Made by a program: the position numbers and the translations under genes. Under the pieces are notes generated by a model. That model was not told the origin of the DNA and did no database searches. It saw nothing but the letters and a program-made list of their open reading frames with translations. Of a stretch of DNA of 64,000 nt, positions 49,186 through 57,609 are shown piece by piece (position 1 is the stretch's first letter; the number at the start of each line of letters is the position of its first letter). The DNA is taken from sequence record ON287370.1. One strand, 5' to 3'.

Positions 49186-50079
49186 TTACTCAATAGTTAC
49201 TTTATGGTTAGATAAAAAATGCAGAATATTCGGAGATACTCTTCTTAATGGATTATTGATGAAACTAACTGTTGTCCCGCCGTTATTTGCATAGGTAATA
49301 AGTTTAGTGATCAAATCGGAACCAATATGGTTTCCACGATATTTCTCTAATACATAAATACCGGCAATAGAGAAACTATAGAGTCGAGAACCTCGTTCAG
49401 GTTTACGATATATCAAAACTCCCAACGTTTCTTTAGTCTCGCTATCACGATAGGCTATGGCATCAAAACCACCAACTAATAATTGTGCTGGAGTAATGAC
49501 TGGATTTTGCCAATCCATCGCTTTTGCCAGAATTTCTAAAGTACCTGCATCATTGATGAGGTTTTCAAGATGCACAAGTTCACGGGATGCCGCCTTAATA
49601 ACTTCACGGTCATGAACTTCGTTAGTTTGTTTCCCGCTGATGAAAGGACGACCGGTAGTTGGGCGCCGAGTAAGAGAGTGTTTACCAGAAACCCCAACTT
49701 GTTCATCAATTAATCGGTGACCATAACTATGAAGAAGAGTTTTAAAGGTGTTATAAGTCTCATCACCCCAAACCCCATCACATTCAAGTTGTGGTTGCAA
49801 CATAGCACGACGAGGGACCATGGTGGTACGAACACCTTCATACCACTTCTGAAGTGCCAGGATACCGTCCTCAGGGCGATACATGCCATCTGGAACATAA
49901 GGCTTGGTGCCAAAGATTTCACCAGCAATAAAGTTCAGCGCATTGTAGGTGAACGGTCCAACTAAGCCGTCGATTTTTACATCGCTCAGTTCTTGAATTT
50001 TCTTAATGGTTCCAACACCACGGATCATGGTCTGAATGGAAGCAACACCAGCGATAGCTTTAATTTCATTATGGTTCAT
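49186..50079 (-). CDS. fusion of two PG-binding-1-like motifs and a C-terminal GNAT acetyltransferase domain
   Basis: IKKIQ...IDGLVGPFTYNAL and LALQ...CDGVWGDETYNTF; the GNAT acetyl-CoA motif A reads IYVLEKYRGNHIGSDLI. Confidence 0.7.
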   Translation of the reverse strand: MNHNEIKAIAGVASIQTMIRGVGTIKKIQELSDVKIDGLVGPFTYNALNFIAGEIFGTKPYVPDGMYRPEDGILALQKWYEGVRTTMVPRRAMLQPQLECDGVWGDETYNTFKTLLHSYGHRLIDEQVGVSGKHSLTRRPTTGRPFISGKQTNEVHDREVIKAASRELVHLENLINDAGTLEILAKAMDWQNPVITPAQLLVGGFDAIAYRDSETKETLGVLIYRKPERGSRLYSFSIAGIYVLEKYRGNHIGSDLITKLITYANNGGTTVSFINNPLRRVSPNILHFLSNHKVTIE

Positions 50080-50099
50080 TTCATTTCTCCAGTAAACCA

Positions 50100-50115
50100 G
50101 GGAACCGAAGTTCCC
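50100..50115 (-). terminator. UUCG hairpin after thyA
   Basis: gggaac-cgaa-gttccc. Confidence 0.45.
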
Positions 50116-50127
50116 CAGTTTAGTTAG

Positions 50128-51318
50128 TTAGATTGCGATGGGGAATTTGATACTTGAGAGTGGTTCGTACTTACCGACAACTTTAAAGTCATCGTGATGG
50201 TAACCAAACAACCCTTTAGGTTCAGAGTCCAATATCATTTTGATAGTGGAGTATTTATGCTGACCAGTTGCCCAACGTTCATTCAAAGTTTCAACGCCTT
50301 CCAGATGGTTGCAATAAACATGTGCATCCCAACCGGTATATTTTACAAAGCGCGCTACCATGTTCAGTTCTTTAGCGAACATCATCAGCATAGCTGAATA
50401 CATGTTCATGTTTGCAGGTTGACCCAGAACCCAGTCATTACTACGCATCAGAAACTTCAGATCCAGATAGTATTTAGGAACATTATACTTCTGGATTAAA
50501 CGGTCGATCTTTTCGATAGTCCCACTATTACGATGAACAGGGTATACCGACATCCACTCTTCACGAGAACAAACTTTCTTCAGTTCTTCTACACGTTCAT
50601 GGAAAGGAATCTCCCAAGTGTAGAAACCGAAAGTAAAGTGACATGGGGTCAATGCCATTTTACCACGTGCAGCGTTCTCTGCTGGACTTTTCTTTGGATC
50701 AGGTAGATAGCTTGGGTTCCAGCAATCCACAACGACACGGCGGCTATCAGGATCTTTACGGAGGGTTTCCAACGCATAAGTTAACTGATCGAAGGTAGAA
50801 CCATTTGGGTTCGGCCAGTGACGCCACTGAACACCGTAGACTGGACCCAAGTCACCGTCTTTAGCAACTAAGATATCCTGAGTGTTAGGGATCTGTTGTT
50901 TGTCCAATTCGATATCAATATCTTCAGGACGTTCGGAACCAAAGATCTGGAGAACCTTACCATAAGGAACGCCTTGCTTGATGGCCAGATGTTTCAGACG
51001 CTCCGTACGACTAAGTTCAGTCGGAAGTACTTTATCACCCTGAACTGCAAAGCTATTCCAGAAAGGACAACCATTTTCTTTCAGTTGCTTGATGTTACCT
51101 TCACCGGACATCATCCAGTTGATTTCGATGATAGGGAACTTCAGGTTAAACCAACGAGAGAACAGAACAGGATAAGACTCTCGCAGATCATGACAGTATT
51201 CGAGATCTGGTAATGATAATACACCAGTACCGGTACGGTCACCACGAAGCTGTCCATTACTAACGATGTTGTTCAACTGTTCCATGTACCAAGCTTCGTA
51301 CTTATTCAAAGTCTTCAT
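50128..51318 (-). CDS. thyA: thymidylate synthase (ThyA type) with insertions
   Basis: DRTGTG, DLGPVYGVQWR, MALTPCH (catalytic Cys), RSND..LGQPAN and DAHVYCNH. Confidence 0.95.
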   Translation of the reverse strand: MKTLNKYEAWYMEQLNNIVSNGQLRGDRTGTGVLSLPDLEYCHDLRESYPVLFSRWFNLKFPIIEINWMMSGEGNIKQLKENGCPFWNSFAVQGDKVLPTELSRTERLKHLAIKQGVPYGKVLQIFGSERPEDIDIELDKQQIPNTQDILVAKDGDLGPVYGVQWRHWPNPNGSTFDQLTYALETLRKDPDSRRVVVDCWNPSYLPDPKKSPAENAARGKMALTPCHFTFGFYTWEIPFHERVEELKKVCSREEWMSVYPVHRNSGTIEKIDRLIQKYNVPKYYLDLKFLMRSNDWVLGQPANMNMYSAMLMMFAKELNMVARFVKYTGWDAHVYCNHLEGVETLNERWATGQHKYSTIKMILDSEPKGLFGYHHDDFKVVGKYEPLSSIKFPIAI

Positions 51319-51538
51319 AATCTTCCTCAGTCGGGTATCTGTATTCTACCAGCATGTTAAAGAAGGCGTACACTAAGTACGCCAAGGATAAAGATAAAAT
51401 GAAATTAAACTTCCAAACGAAATTATAAAGATCTCGTTCGAAGCTATCACCATAATAATGTAACGCACATGCATTAAAGATAATGAACGCCACAAGTAAA
51501 ATGATGATGAAGAAAGTTAACTTGATAGTCTTTTCCAT
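51302..51538 (-). CDS. two-TM membrane protein
   Basis: 78 aa with two hydrophobic helices. Confidence 0.65.
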   Translation of the reverse strand: MEKTIKLTFFIIILLVAFIIFNACALHYYGDSFERDLYNFVWKFNFILSLSLAYLVYAFFNMLVEYRYPTEEDYEDFE

Positions 51539-51756
51539 CGCACATTTCTTTTTAATCTACCAACGATAGTGATCACCACTAGATCTAATATCAAAAGTAG
51601 GAAGGTGATTGTTATAAAGTTTACTATTAAAAGATCAACAGTTTCCTTGGGTTGGAAATGATTCCATCCGAGCAGTACTGCCGTTACTGTAAAACCGATA
51701 AAGAACATCACACGAATGATTTTAGAGAGTTTGGATAACACCTTGAGTTTGAACAT
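51517..51756 (-). CDS. two-TM membrane protein
   Basis: Start placed at MFKLKVLSK (AGGAA RBS); two hydrophobic helices and a basic tail. Confidence 0.6.
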   Translation of the reverse strand: MFKLKVLSKLSKIIRVMFFIGFTVTAVLLGWNHFQPKETVDLLIVNFITITFLLLILDLVVITIVGRLKRNVRWKRLSS

Positions 51757-52258
51757 TTTCAGGTTTCCTGTAAGAGCGATATTTACCAGAGACAATGTCT
51801 TCGATAGATACTGGACCATTAGGGAGTAGATCAAAGCAGACGTTGATATAACGTTCATCTGGGATGACCTGTGCGTGAGTATGACCATGAACCATCAAAC
51901 GACCACGAAGCTGCGAAGGATGAGATGGGCAGTGTGCAATATACAATGGAGACTTCTTATGTTTATAGAAACCATCGAAGTCATCAAACACTTCCATCAA
52001 ATCGCGCATATCGTTTTGACGTTCTTTATCATGGTTACCCAGGATAAGATGTTTGTAACCAGGAAGCTTTTTCAAGAATACCAAACCTTGGTGAGTCAAG
52101 GCCATATCACCCACGCAGAAAATCTTAGTGCGTTTAGTAACATGTGTGCACCAGATATCGGCGTAATACTCTTGGAAAGCTTCTACACTTTCAAAGCCAC
52201 GCTGCTTAACGGCAGGTGGGTGGTCAACATGACCATCAGACCAAAACACTGTATTCAT
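51722..52258 (-). CDS. calcineurin-like metallophosphoesterase
   Basis: SDGH, VGD, LGNHD, HCP and HGHTH motifs. Confidence 0.88.
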   Translation of the reverse strand: MNTVFWSDGHVDHPPAVKQRGFESVEAFQEYYADIWCTHVTKRTKIFCVGDMALTHQGLVFLKKLPGYKHLILGNHDKERQNDMRDLMEVFDDFDGFYKHKKSPLYIAHCPSHPSQLRGRLMVHGHTHAQVIPDERYINVCFDLLPNGPVSIEDIVSGKYRSYRKPENVQTQGVIQTL

Positions 52259-52268
52259 TTTATCTCCT

Positions 52269-52667
52269 TTAGTTCAGAATACGGCCGCCACAGCAATAAG
52301 CATTGAAGCGTTCTTCTGAATCCACAGTAGTGTTAATAAATGCCAAGTCATAGAGTTTAACTACATGCTCTTTATACTTAGCAAGAAGTTCGTCATATTC
52401 ACGAACGATTTCTAACAGATCAGAAACATCGGCATACCCAAGCATGGTTTCATGATCTGAGAACAGCTCTTTCATTTCAGCTGCAAACTGAGCACAATGT
52501 GCCATAGTTTTTGCAACCTTTAAACCCCTAAAGGTTAGATACAAACGCCATCCCATTTGTTGACTTACGATGAGTCCTGCATTCTTAACCTGACGATACA
52601 TATCGGTATAAGAATCGTAAGCTGTTTCAAATAGGTATTTCTCCATAGTTACTGTTTGCTTTTCCAT
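52269..52667 (-). CDS. hypothetical protein
   Basis: 132-aa ORF. Confidence 0.7.
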   Translation of the reverse strand: MEKQTVTMEKYLFETAYDSYTDMYRQVKNAGLIVSQQMGWRLYLTFRGLKVAKTMAHCAQFAAEMKELFSDHETMLGYADVSDLLEIVREYDELLAKYKEHVVKLYDLAFINTTVDSEERFNAYCCGGRILN

Positions 52668-53095
52668 ACCTTTGCTTCCTCCAGATACTTGTCGGATTTA
52701 TAATTAAGTTTATGATTACGAATAGAGACCATTTCCCTGATATCGTAAATAAAGTCACACATGTTATCATTAATCGCACCAACTACAAACCCAACAGGTA
52801 AACCCATTTGAGCTTTGTATTTAGCAACCAATGAATCGAGGCGGTTACTCACTACATACTTATAAGAGAACAACCCCAAACGAGAGAAGAGAAACTTAAT
52901 AGGACGATACCAAGGAACCAAACTTTCTTCCTCAGCGATGAGTTTCAAATCGTCATTAAGACTTTCCAAGTAACTGATGCGATCAACGATTTCCTGGAAT
53001 AAAGGAGAGTTAATCATTTTCTCTTTACTACCCCATAAAGCACGAATGCATGTTTCATGATCATCCCTGTTCACTACACCTACTTCGATAGACAT
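52649..53095 (-). CDS. hypothetical protein
   Basis: Start placed at MSIEVG (AAGGA RBS), downstream of promoter motif H. Confidence 0.7.
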   Translation of the reverse strand: MSIEVGVVNRDDHETCIRALWGSKEKMINSPLFQEIVDRISYLESLNDDLKLIAEEESLVPWYRPIKFLFSRLGLFSYKYVVSNRLDSLVAKYKAQMGLPVGFVVGAINDNMCDFIYDIREMVSIRNHKLNYKSDKYLEEAKVWKSKQ

Positions 53096-53135
53096 ATAGA
53101 TTTCCTTATTAACATAACTATGGATTGTACATGAT

Positions 53136-53153
53136 GATAATATCTGTCTATTT
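53136..53153 (-). promoter_or_regulatory. putative phage early promoter, copy H (AAATAGAC-AGATATTATC)
   Basis: Consensus match 41 nt upstream of the ATG at 53095. Confidence 0.55.
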
Positions 53154-53214
53154 TTATTTGAATCTTTTGGAATGAGTAAATACTCTGACACTTTCCCCTT
53201 ACAGGTAGCCAATT

Positions 53215-53820
53215 ATGATCACTGTTTCAGGTATCAATAGTAAAAAGATAAATGACCCCGTGTTCCTGTCTGCCCGAAAGTTTATGGTCGATCGTATCGC
53301 TAAACTAGAGGCAGCAGGGCCTAGTCCAGAACTGGACTTAGCTAAACAACGTTACGATGGATTACGTCATGAAGACGTGATGATCGAACCACCAGTTTCT
53401 TTCAATAGTGGAATTGTCCGCTGTTGCTTCCTGTCACGTAAGACCGGTTTCTTCCGTGCAGATATTGAAGTTGAAAAAGTAACTATCAAACCTATCTTTG
53501 AAGAGTTCTCAGTTACAGTAACTGAATATGCTAAAGTAGATGATTTAATTTTAGCCGTTAAGAATGGAACTCAGAAAGCAGGTGTTGTGTTATTAACAGA
53601 CACTGGTAAGTATGGTATTGTATCTGAAGCCGAGCAAGGTAATCCAGACGGCGCGATGAAGTTGATGGGTAACATCTATTGGGATAAGATTGTTACTAAC
53701 AAACTGGATGCTATGGATCCTACTGGTAAACATTCGGGTACATTCTCAGTTGAAGCAATCAATATTGAACCAACCCAGGGAATGCTTTACTTCATTGAAG
53801 ATTTAAAAGCGATCGTATAA
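53215..53820 (+). CDS. stand-alone paralog of the N-terminal domain of the large 61292.. protein (probable virion protein)
   Basis: INDPVF...KLEAAGPSPELDLAKQRYDGL...RKTGFFRADIEVEK..IFEEFSV versus IKDPVW...DLEANGPADELALAKERYTGL...RKTGFARVDIEIEK..IFETFNV. Confidence 0.8.
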   Translation: MITVSGINSKKINDPVFLSARKFMVDRIAKLEAAGPSPELDLAKQRYDGLRHEDVMIEPPVSFNSGIVRCCFLSRKTGFFRADIEVEKVTIKPIFEEFSVTVTEYAKVDDLILAVKNGTQKAGVVLLTDTGKYGIVSEAEQGNPDGAMKLMGNIYWDKIVTNKLDAMDPTGKHSGTFSVEAINIEPTQGMLYFIEDLKAIV

Positions 53821-53832
53821 AAATAAATAATT

Positions 53833-53874
53833 CATAATGACCTTACCTACCCAAACGGGTAGGTAAGGTTTATG
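53833..53874. terminator. bidirectional terminator, CCTTACC hairpin family
   Basis: cataatgaccttacctaccc-aaac-gggtaggtaaggtttatg at a convergent junction. Confidence 0.7.
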
Positions 53875-53888
53875 TTTACTTATTATTT

Positions 53889-54347
53889 TTACCAGCCGTT
53901 ACAGTCATATTCAGCAGATACAATATCGTAAGCTTCCGCATGTGTGCATGGTTTCCATTCAATACCGGAAATCAGAGAACATGGTTGGAAGCCTTCTGGA
54001 CACACCATAAATACGGCATGCTTCTCATTGTACATTTCGAATTCAAAGTACCAGTAGTTATTTTGCTCAACTAACTTGTGATAAACCTTTTCCATGGATT
54101 CATCAGTACTTACCCGGCAGGAAACAGATTCACCATACCAAATGGTTCCAGAAGGTCGACGGAAACGCTTGATAAACCCACCATTAGTCACAGCCATAAA
54201 GCTTGTGCGATTACTGATATCAGAATGCTGAACAATATCAGTTTTACGTGTAAAGATAATTGCTTCCTTTACAGAAACATTTTCTTTAACATCATCCTTT
54301 CCAATTGGGATGAGGTGGGTTGACCCAAACAGGAATTTAAGTTCCAT
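53889..54347 (-). CDS. hypothetical protein, paralog of 54347..54766
   Basis: LIPIGKDD..KEAIIF, TNG and W.F.F..VFM..W.P motifs shared with its neighbour. Confidence 0.75.
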   Translation of the reverse strand: MELKFLFGSTHLIPIGKDDVKENVSVKEAIIFTRKTDIVQHSDISNRTSFMAVTNGGFIKRFRRPSGTIWYGESVSCRVSTDESMEKVYHKLVEQNNYWYFEFEMYNEKHAVFMVCPEGFQPCSLISGIEWKPCTHAEAYDIVSAEYDCNGW

Positions 54348-54766
54348 TATTCTTCTACCTTAGGTTCAGCAAATTGGTTAATGGTTGCGAGAGCACGTTC
54401 AGTGGGGATTTCTTCCCACTTATTAAGATCAACGTATTTATCATGATTAATAAACATGATAACAGGTTGAGCTTGTTCATGTTCTTTGTTGATGTAAGTA
54501 AACCCAGCCCAGTTCAAATCATCCAGCTGTCTTACAGCGTGCTTTGGATCGAACCGACTAGTACGTTCACGATCCCCAATAATTTCAGAGATCTCCTTAA
54601 CCTGATGAGTTACTTCCATAGGTGGAACACCATTAGTGTTCAGCAAGAACCCAGGTCGAATATCATCAATAGTCAAATTACTATCATGGAAGATAGCTGC
54701 CTGATGAATCTCATGGTCTTCCCCATAAGTGATGAGGATGCCGTGGGACATGAAGTAATGTTTCAT
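54347..54766 (-). CDS. hypothetical protein, paralog of 53889..54347
   Basis: LITYGEDH..HQAAIF, TNG and WAGFTY..VIMF..WEEIP. Confidence 0.75.
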   Translation of the reverse strand: MKHYFMSHGILITYGEDHEIHQAAIFHDSNLTIDDIRPGFLLNTNGVPPMEVTHQVKEISEIIGDRERTSRFDPKHAVRQLDDLNWAGFTYINKEHEQAQPVIMFINHDKYVDLNKWEEIPTERALATINQFAEPKVEE

Positions 54767-54776
54767 TCTAAATTCC

Positions 54777-55550
54777 TTAGCCTTTCTTATAGACTTTCAG
54801 GTTGTTGATAGTTTTGGTTACCATTTGAAGAATCGCATCAAACGTTTCGATATTGACATATGGAGATTTCTGGAAGAACTCAATAAGAGGAATATCCCAG
54901 CTTTTCTCAGTATTACCAATACGACTTGAGAACCGTGTTATGATGCTATAACTTTCACCATCCAGTAATGCTTCAAATTGGATGGTGTTGTTGGTAAGAT
55001 CATGAACCCCGTAACACTGCACGTGACTATCGTTATGCTGATGATAGACGCCGCCTAAGAGGATATGATCCTCAGGAATATCGATGCCATATTCTTTAGC
55101 AAATTGTTCAGCTGTGGGGAATGTTTCACGGTTAGTTCCGTCACCCCAATACAGTTGGTTAAAGAAACCAGTTTGCTTAATGGCACACTTACTGAATGGA
55201 ACATATGAATCGCCTAACCGATCATACTCTTCCCAATCAATCAGTGGAAGAATATCCGAATGGAGAAGGATATCTAACTTATTACGGCTGATATTTCTGA
55301 CCATCTGTTCGTAAACATTTTCAGGGAGAACATGCGTATAATGATTGTCATTTTTAAAAGCAGAGTAACGAACGTCGTGACGGTGGATTTGGATCTTAGC
55401 CAAATCAGACCATTCAGCTGTAGTGCCGTTTAATGGAGTGAGGATGATCTCAATCTCATAATTGAAATCACCGCCGCCTCGGCAAATGACACGAGACCAC
55501 TGGCGCCAATATTTATCGTACTTGAACCAATCTTTGTTTTTACTTTCCAT
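54777..55550 (-). CDS. hypothetical protein
   Basis: 257-aa ORF with a GAGG RBS. Confidence 0.75.
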   Translation of the reverse strand: MESKNKDWFKYDKYWRQWSRVICRGGGDFNYEIEIILTPLNGTTAEWSDLAKIQIHRHDVRYSAFKNDNHYTHVLPENVYEQMVRNISRNKLDILLHSDILPLIDWEEYDRLGDSYVPFSKCAIKQTGFFNQLYWGDGTNRETFPTAEQFAKEYGIDIPEDHILLGGVYHQHNDSHVQCYGVHDLTNNTIQFEALLDGESYSIITRFSSRIGNTEKSWDIPLIEFFQKSPYVNIETFDAILQMVTKTINNLKVYKKG

Positions 55551-55704
55551 TACAGAACCTCTTTCTAAAGTTGATAAGCAAATTCGCTTCTTTACCTAAT
55601 ACTAAATCTAATACTGCATCTTCCACTTTGGCTTTCGGACTAATGGCTGAACCGAAGAAGAATGCAAGTAAATCTCTACGGCTCACGCCTTTAGTCTGTT
55701 TCAT
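55540..55704 (-). CDS. 54-aa microprotein with a twin-arginine-like motif (MKQTKGVSRRDLLAFFFGS...)
   Basis: My translation: AAGG RBS; fills the gap between 55715.. and 54777.. and overlaps the next ATG. Not in the ORF track. Confidence 0.55.
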   Translation of the reverse strand: MKQTKGVSRRDLLAFFFGSAISPKAKVEDAVLDLVLGKEANLLINFRKRFCNGK

Positions 55705-55714
55705 TACTTAACCT

Positions 55715-56131
55715 TTAAAATGGAATTTCAATTGATGTTGCACGTAATTCAATCATGGTTTTGCCAGTAGAGAATTTATCCCCACTTTTAAGAACCAAGG
55801 TTGTTTTACTATTTTGTTCATCGATAGTGATGTATGATACTTCATCTTTGGGAATGTAGTGGACCTGATATCCCAACTTGATCCGGTAACATTGACGATC
55901 ATCAGCTACGCGCAAATCTTCCATCATCTTTCTTACCTGAGAATATTCCTCAGTGACCATGAAGGGCCTATCGACATTGGAGGTACGGATAATCGTTTTA
56001 CCTATGTAATTAGGATCTTGCGCAAATTTAGAATAGCTGATCACGTCTTCAAAGTTAATTGAAACCGGAGTCACCACATCTTTAGAAAGATGGGAATCAA
56101 TTACTTGGTTCAAATGTAATTGCTTTTTCAT
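55715..56131 (-). CDS. protein with two tandem FlbD/LytTR-like small beta domains
   Basis: VSINFEDVISY...KTIIRTSN..FMVTEEYSQV and HYIPKDEVSYI...KTTLVLKSGDKF. Confidence 0.6.
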   Translation of the reverse strand: MKKQLHLNQVIDSHLSKDVVTPVSINFEDVISYSKFAQDPNYIGKTIIRTSNVDRPFMVTEEYSQVRKMMEDLRVADDRQCYRIKLGYQVHYIPKDEVSYITIDEQNSKTTLVLKSGDKFSTGKTMIELRATSIEIPF

Positions 56132-56134
56132 TTC

Positions 56135-56398
56135 TTATCTCCAAAGTGTTCTATCACGACAAACATACAAAGTGCGTTCACGAGTTACCCATTCACCATT
56201 CTCTTTCTTGGAGGAGGTGAGTTTCTCGTTAGTCATCACACAGTCATAAGCGAGAAGTTCAGGGTAACGTTCATGGATCTTATCGGGTTCAGAGAAACTG
56301 ATAGTATAAGTGTCTGGTTTAAAGACACCAACCATTCCAATACTGAATGTTAAAAGTGGGAGGAATGATAATAACAGTATTGCAGGCATGTCTTTCAT
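56135..56398 (-). CDS. small membrane-anchored protein, paralog of 56399..56683
   Basis: N-terminal TM; C-terminal CV.T...LY.C....WR. Confidence 0.7.
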   Translation of the reverse strand: MKDMPAILLLSFLPLLTFSIGMVGVFKPDTYTISFSEPDKIHERYPELLAYDCVMTNEKLTSSKKENGEWVTRERTLYVCRDRTLWR

Positions 56399-56683
56399 TT
56401 AACGCCACCGAGCAAAATCATCACAAGTATAAAGATGTTCAGTTACATGAACAGGGTAAGCGCTGATGATTTGACCTTTATCACCATGTATGTACTGTAT
56501 ATAAGACCGCTCTCTAGTTTGTTCGGTTTTAACACAGTGCTGAGCCGCCATTTCTACGTTATCGAAATAAACGATAAACGGTATGGATAGCAACACTAGA
56601 ATACAAATGGTCATTACAGCAAACATACCTTTGTCATAACCATCGCCTTTTCTAAGATCCCATGCTTCCTTTAAGAATTCCAT
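56399..56683 (-). CDS. small membrane-anchored protein, paralog of 56135..56398
   Basis: TM FAVMTICILVLLSIPFIVYF; CVKT...LYTCDDFARWR. Confidence 0.7.
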   Translation of the reverse strand: MEFLKEAWDLRKGDGYDKGMFAVMTICILVLLSIPFIVYFDNVEMAAQHCVKTEQTRERSYIQYIHGDKGQIISAYPVHVTEHLYTCDDFARWR

Positions 56684-56684
56684 A

Positions 56685-57086
56685 TCAACGTTCTTCCCAG
56701 AACGGAGCCCAGAAATAAGGGCGAGTTAAGATTTCGCCGTTATACCCGACCTGACGAGTAACTGCTTTCAGATCAACAAAAATACTACCGTCTTCTTTAA
56801 CACCCTTGTTATGGACAACACCCATTCGAATCTTGTTCTTGATGATCAAGATCTCAGGTGCAGTATCTGGATAGGTCTCTTGGAACAAATCCAACCAGGC
56901 AATAACATCAGTGCGTTCGCCCCAAATACGAAGGGTGTGTTGGCAGCCGGTGTTAGGACAGCCGGTATAGTTGATTAGTTTACGAAGTTCAGAACCTTCT
57001 TTGAAATACCAGAATGCACGTAATGCTTTTGGCATCAGGGAAGTTGGATGTTGTTCTGGTGCGGACATGTCTACAGTTACTTTCAT
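56685..57086 (-). CDS. hypothetical protein
   Basis: Start placed at MKVTVDM (AAGGGA RBS). Confidence 0.65.
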   Translation of the reverse strand: MKVTVDMSAPEQHPTSLMPKALRAFWYFKEGSELRKLINYTGCPNTGCQHTLRIWGERTDVIAWLDLFQETYPDTAPEILIIKNKIRMGVVHNKGVKEDGSIFVDLKAVTRQVGYNGEILTRPYFWAPFWEER

Positions 57087-57096
57087 TTTTAATCCC

Positions 57097-57552
57097 TTAC
57101 TTAACAAAGTTAGAACGAATGCCATTAACTACGGTATTGGAGTCCAGAAGGAACTCAGTCAACTGACCTTTACCGTAGCGGGAGACTTTCACGTAATCCA
57201 CGGTAGAGTTAATAGTCAGATCGGTAGAAGCACCTACTTCGTAAATGATATCACCATTACGAATGAAGACAACTTCGTTAGAACGATACTCATCGTCCTC
57301 GATCAATTGATCAGCTTTACTGATATCCAGTTTGATATCCAGTTCGGGCTGCTTACCGATTTTACCGAAGGAGTAAAATACATTGGTATCCCACTGACAG
57401 ATCAGCACTTCTTTAGTGTGCTGGAGATTCTGACCGTAATAGATAATATCACCAGGTGCACAACGATCACCTACGATATCGAGCGGATCAGTTCCGGCGA
57501 CAGAAACGAAAGACATAACAGACAGAGTTGCAGCTAAGATTAACTTTTTCAT
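57097..57552 (-). CDS. secreted or periplasmic protein with a signal peptide and two Cys
   Basis: MKKLILAATLSVMSFVSVA signal; GAGG RBS. Confidence 0.75.
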   Translation of the reverse strand: MKKLILAATLSVMSFVSVAGTDPLDIVGDRCAPGDIIYYGQNLQHTKEVLICQWDTNVFYSFGKIGKQPELDIKLDISKADQLIEDDEYRSNEVVFIRNGDIIYEVGASTDLTINSTVDYVKVSRYGKGQLTEFLLDSNTVVNGIRSNFVK

Positions 57553-57609
57553 TTTGTATCCTCTATTAATGATAGAAAGAGAAGCCTCCTTTCGGAAGCC
57601 TCTCTTGAT

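Noticed and set aside
22931-53874. CRISPR-like or transposon-end interpretation of the repeated hairpins
   Set aside because: The copies are dispersed singly at gene junctions, with no spacers, no target-site duplications and no nearby cas or transposase gene.
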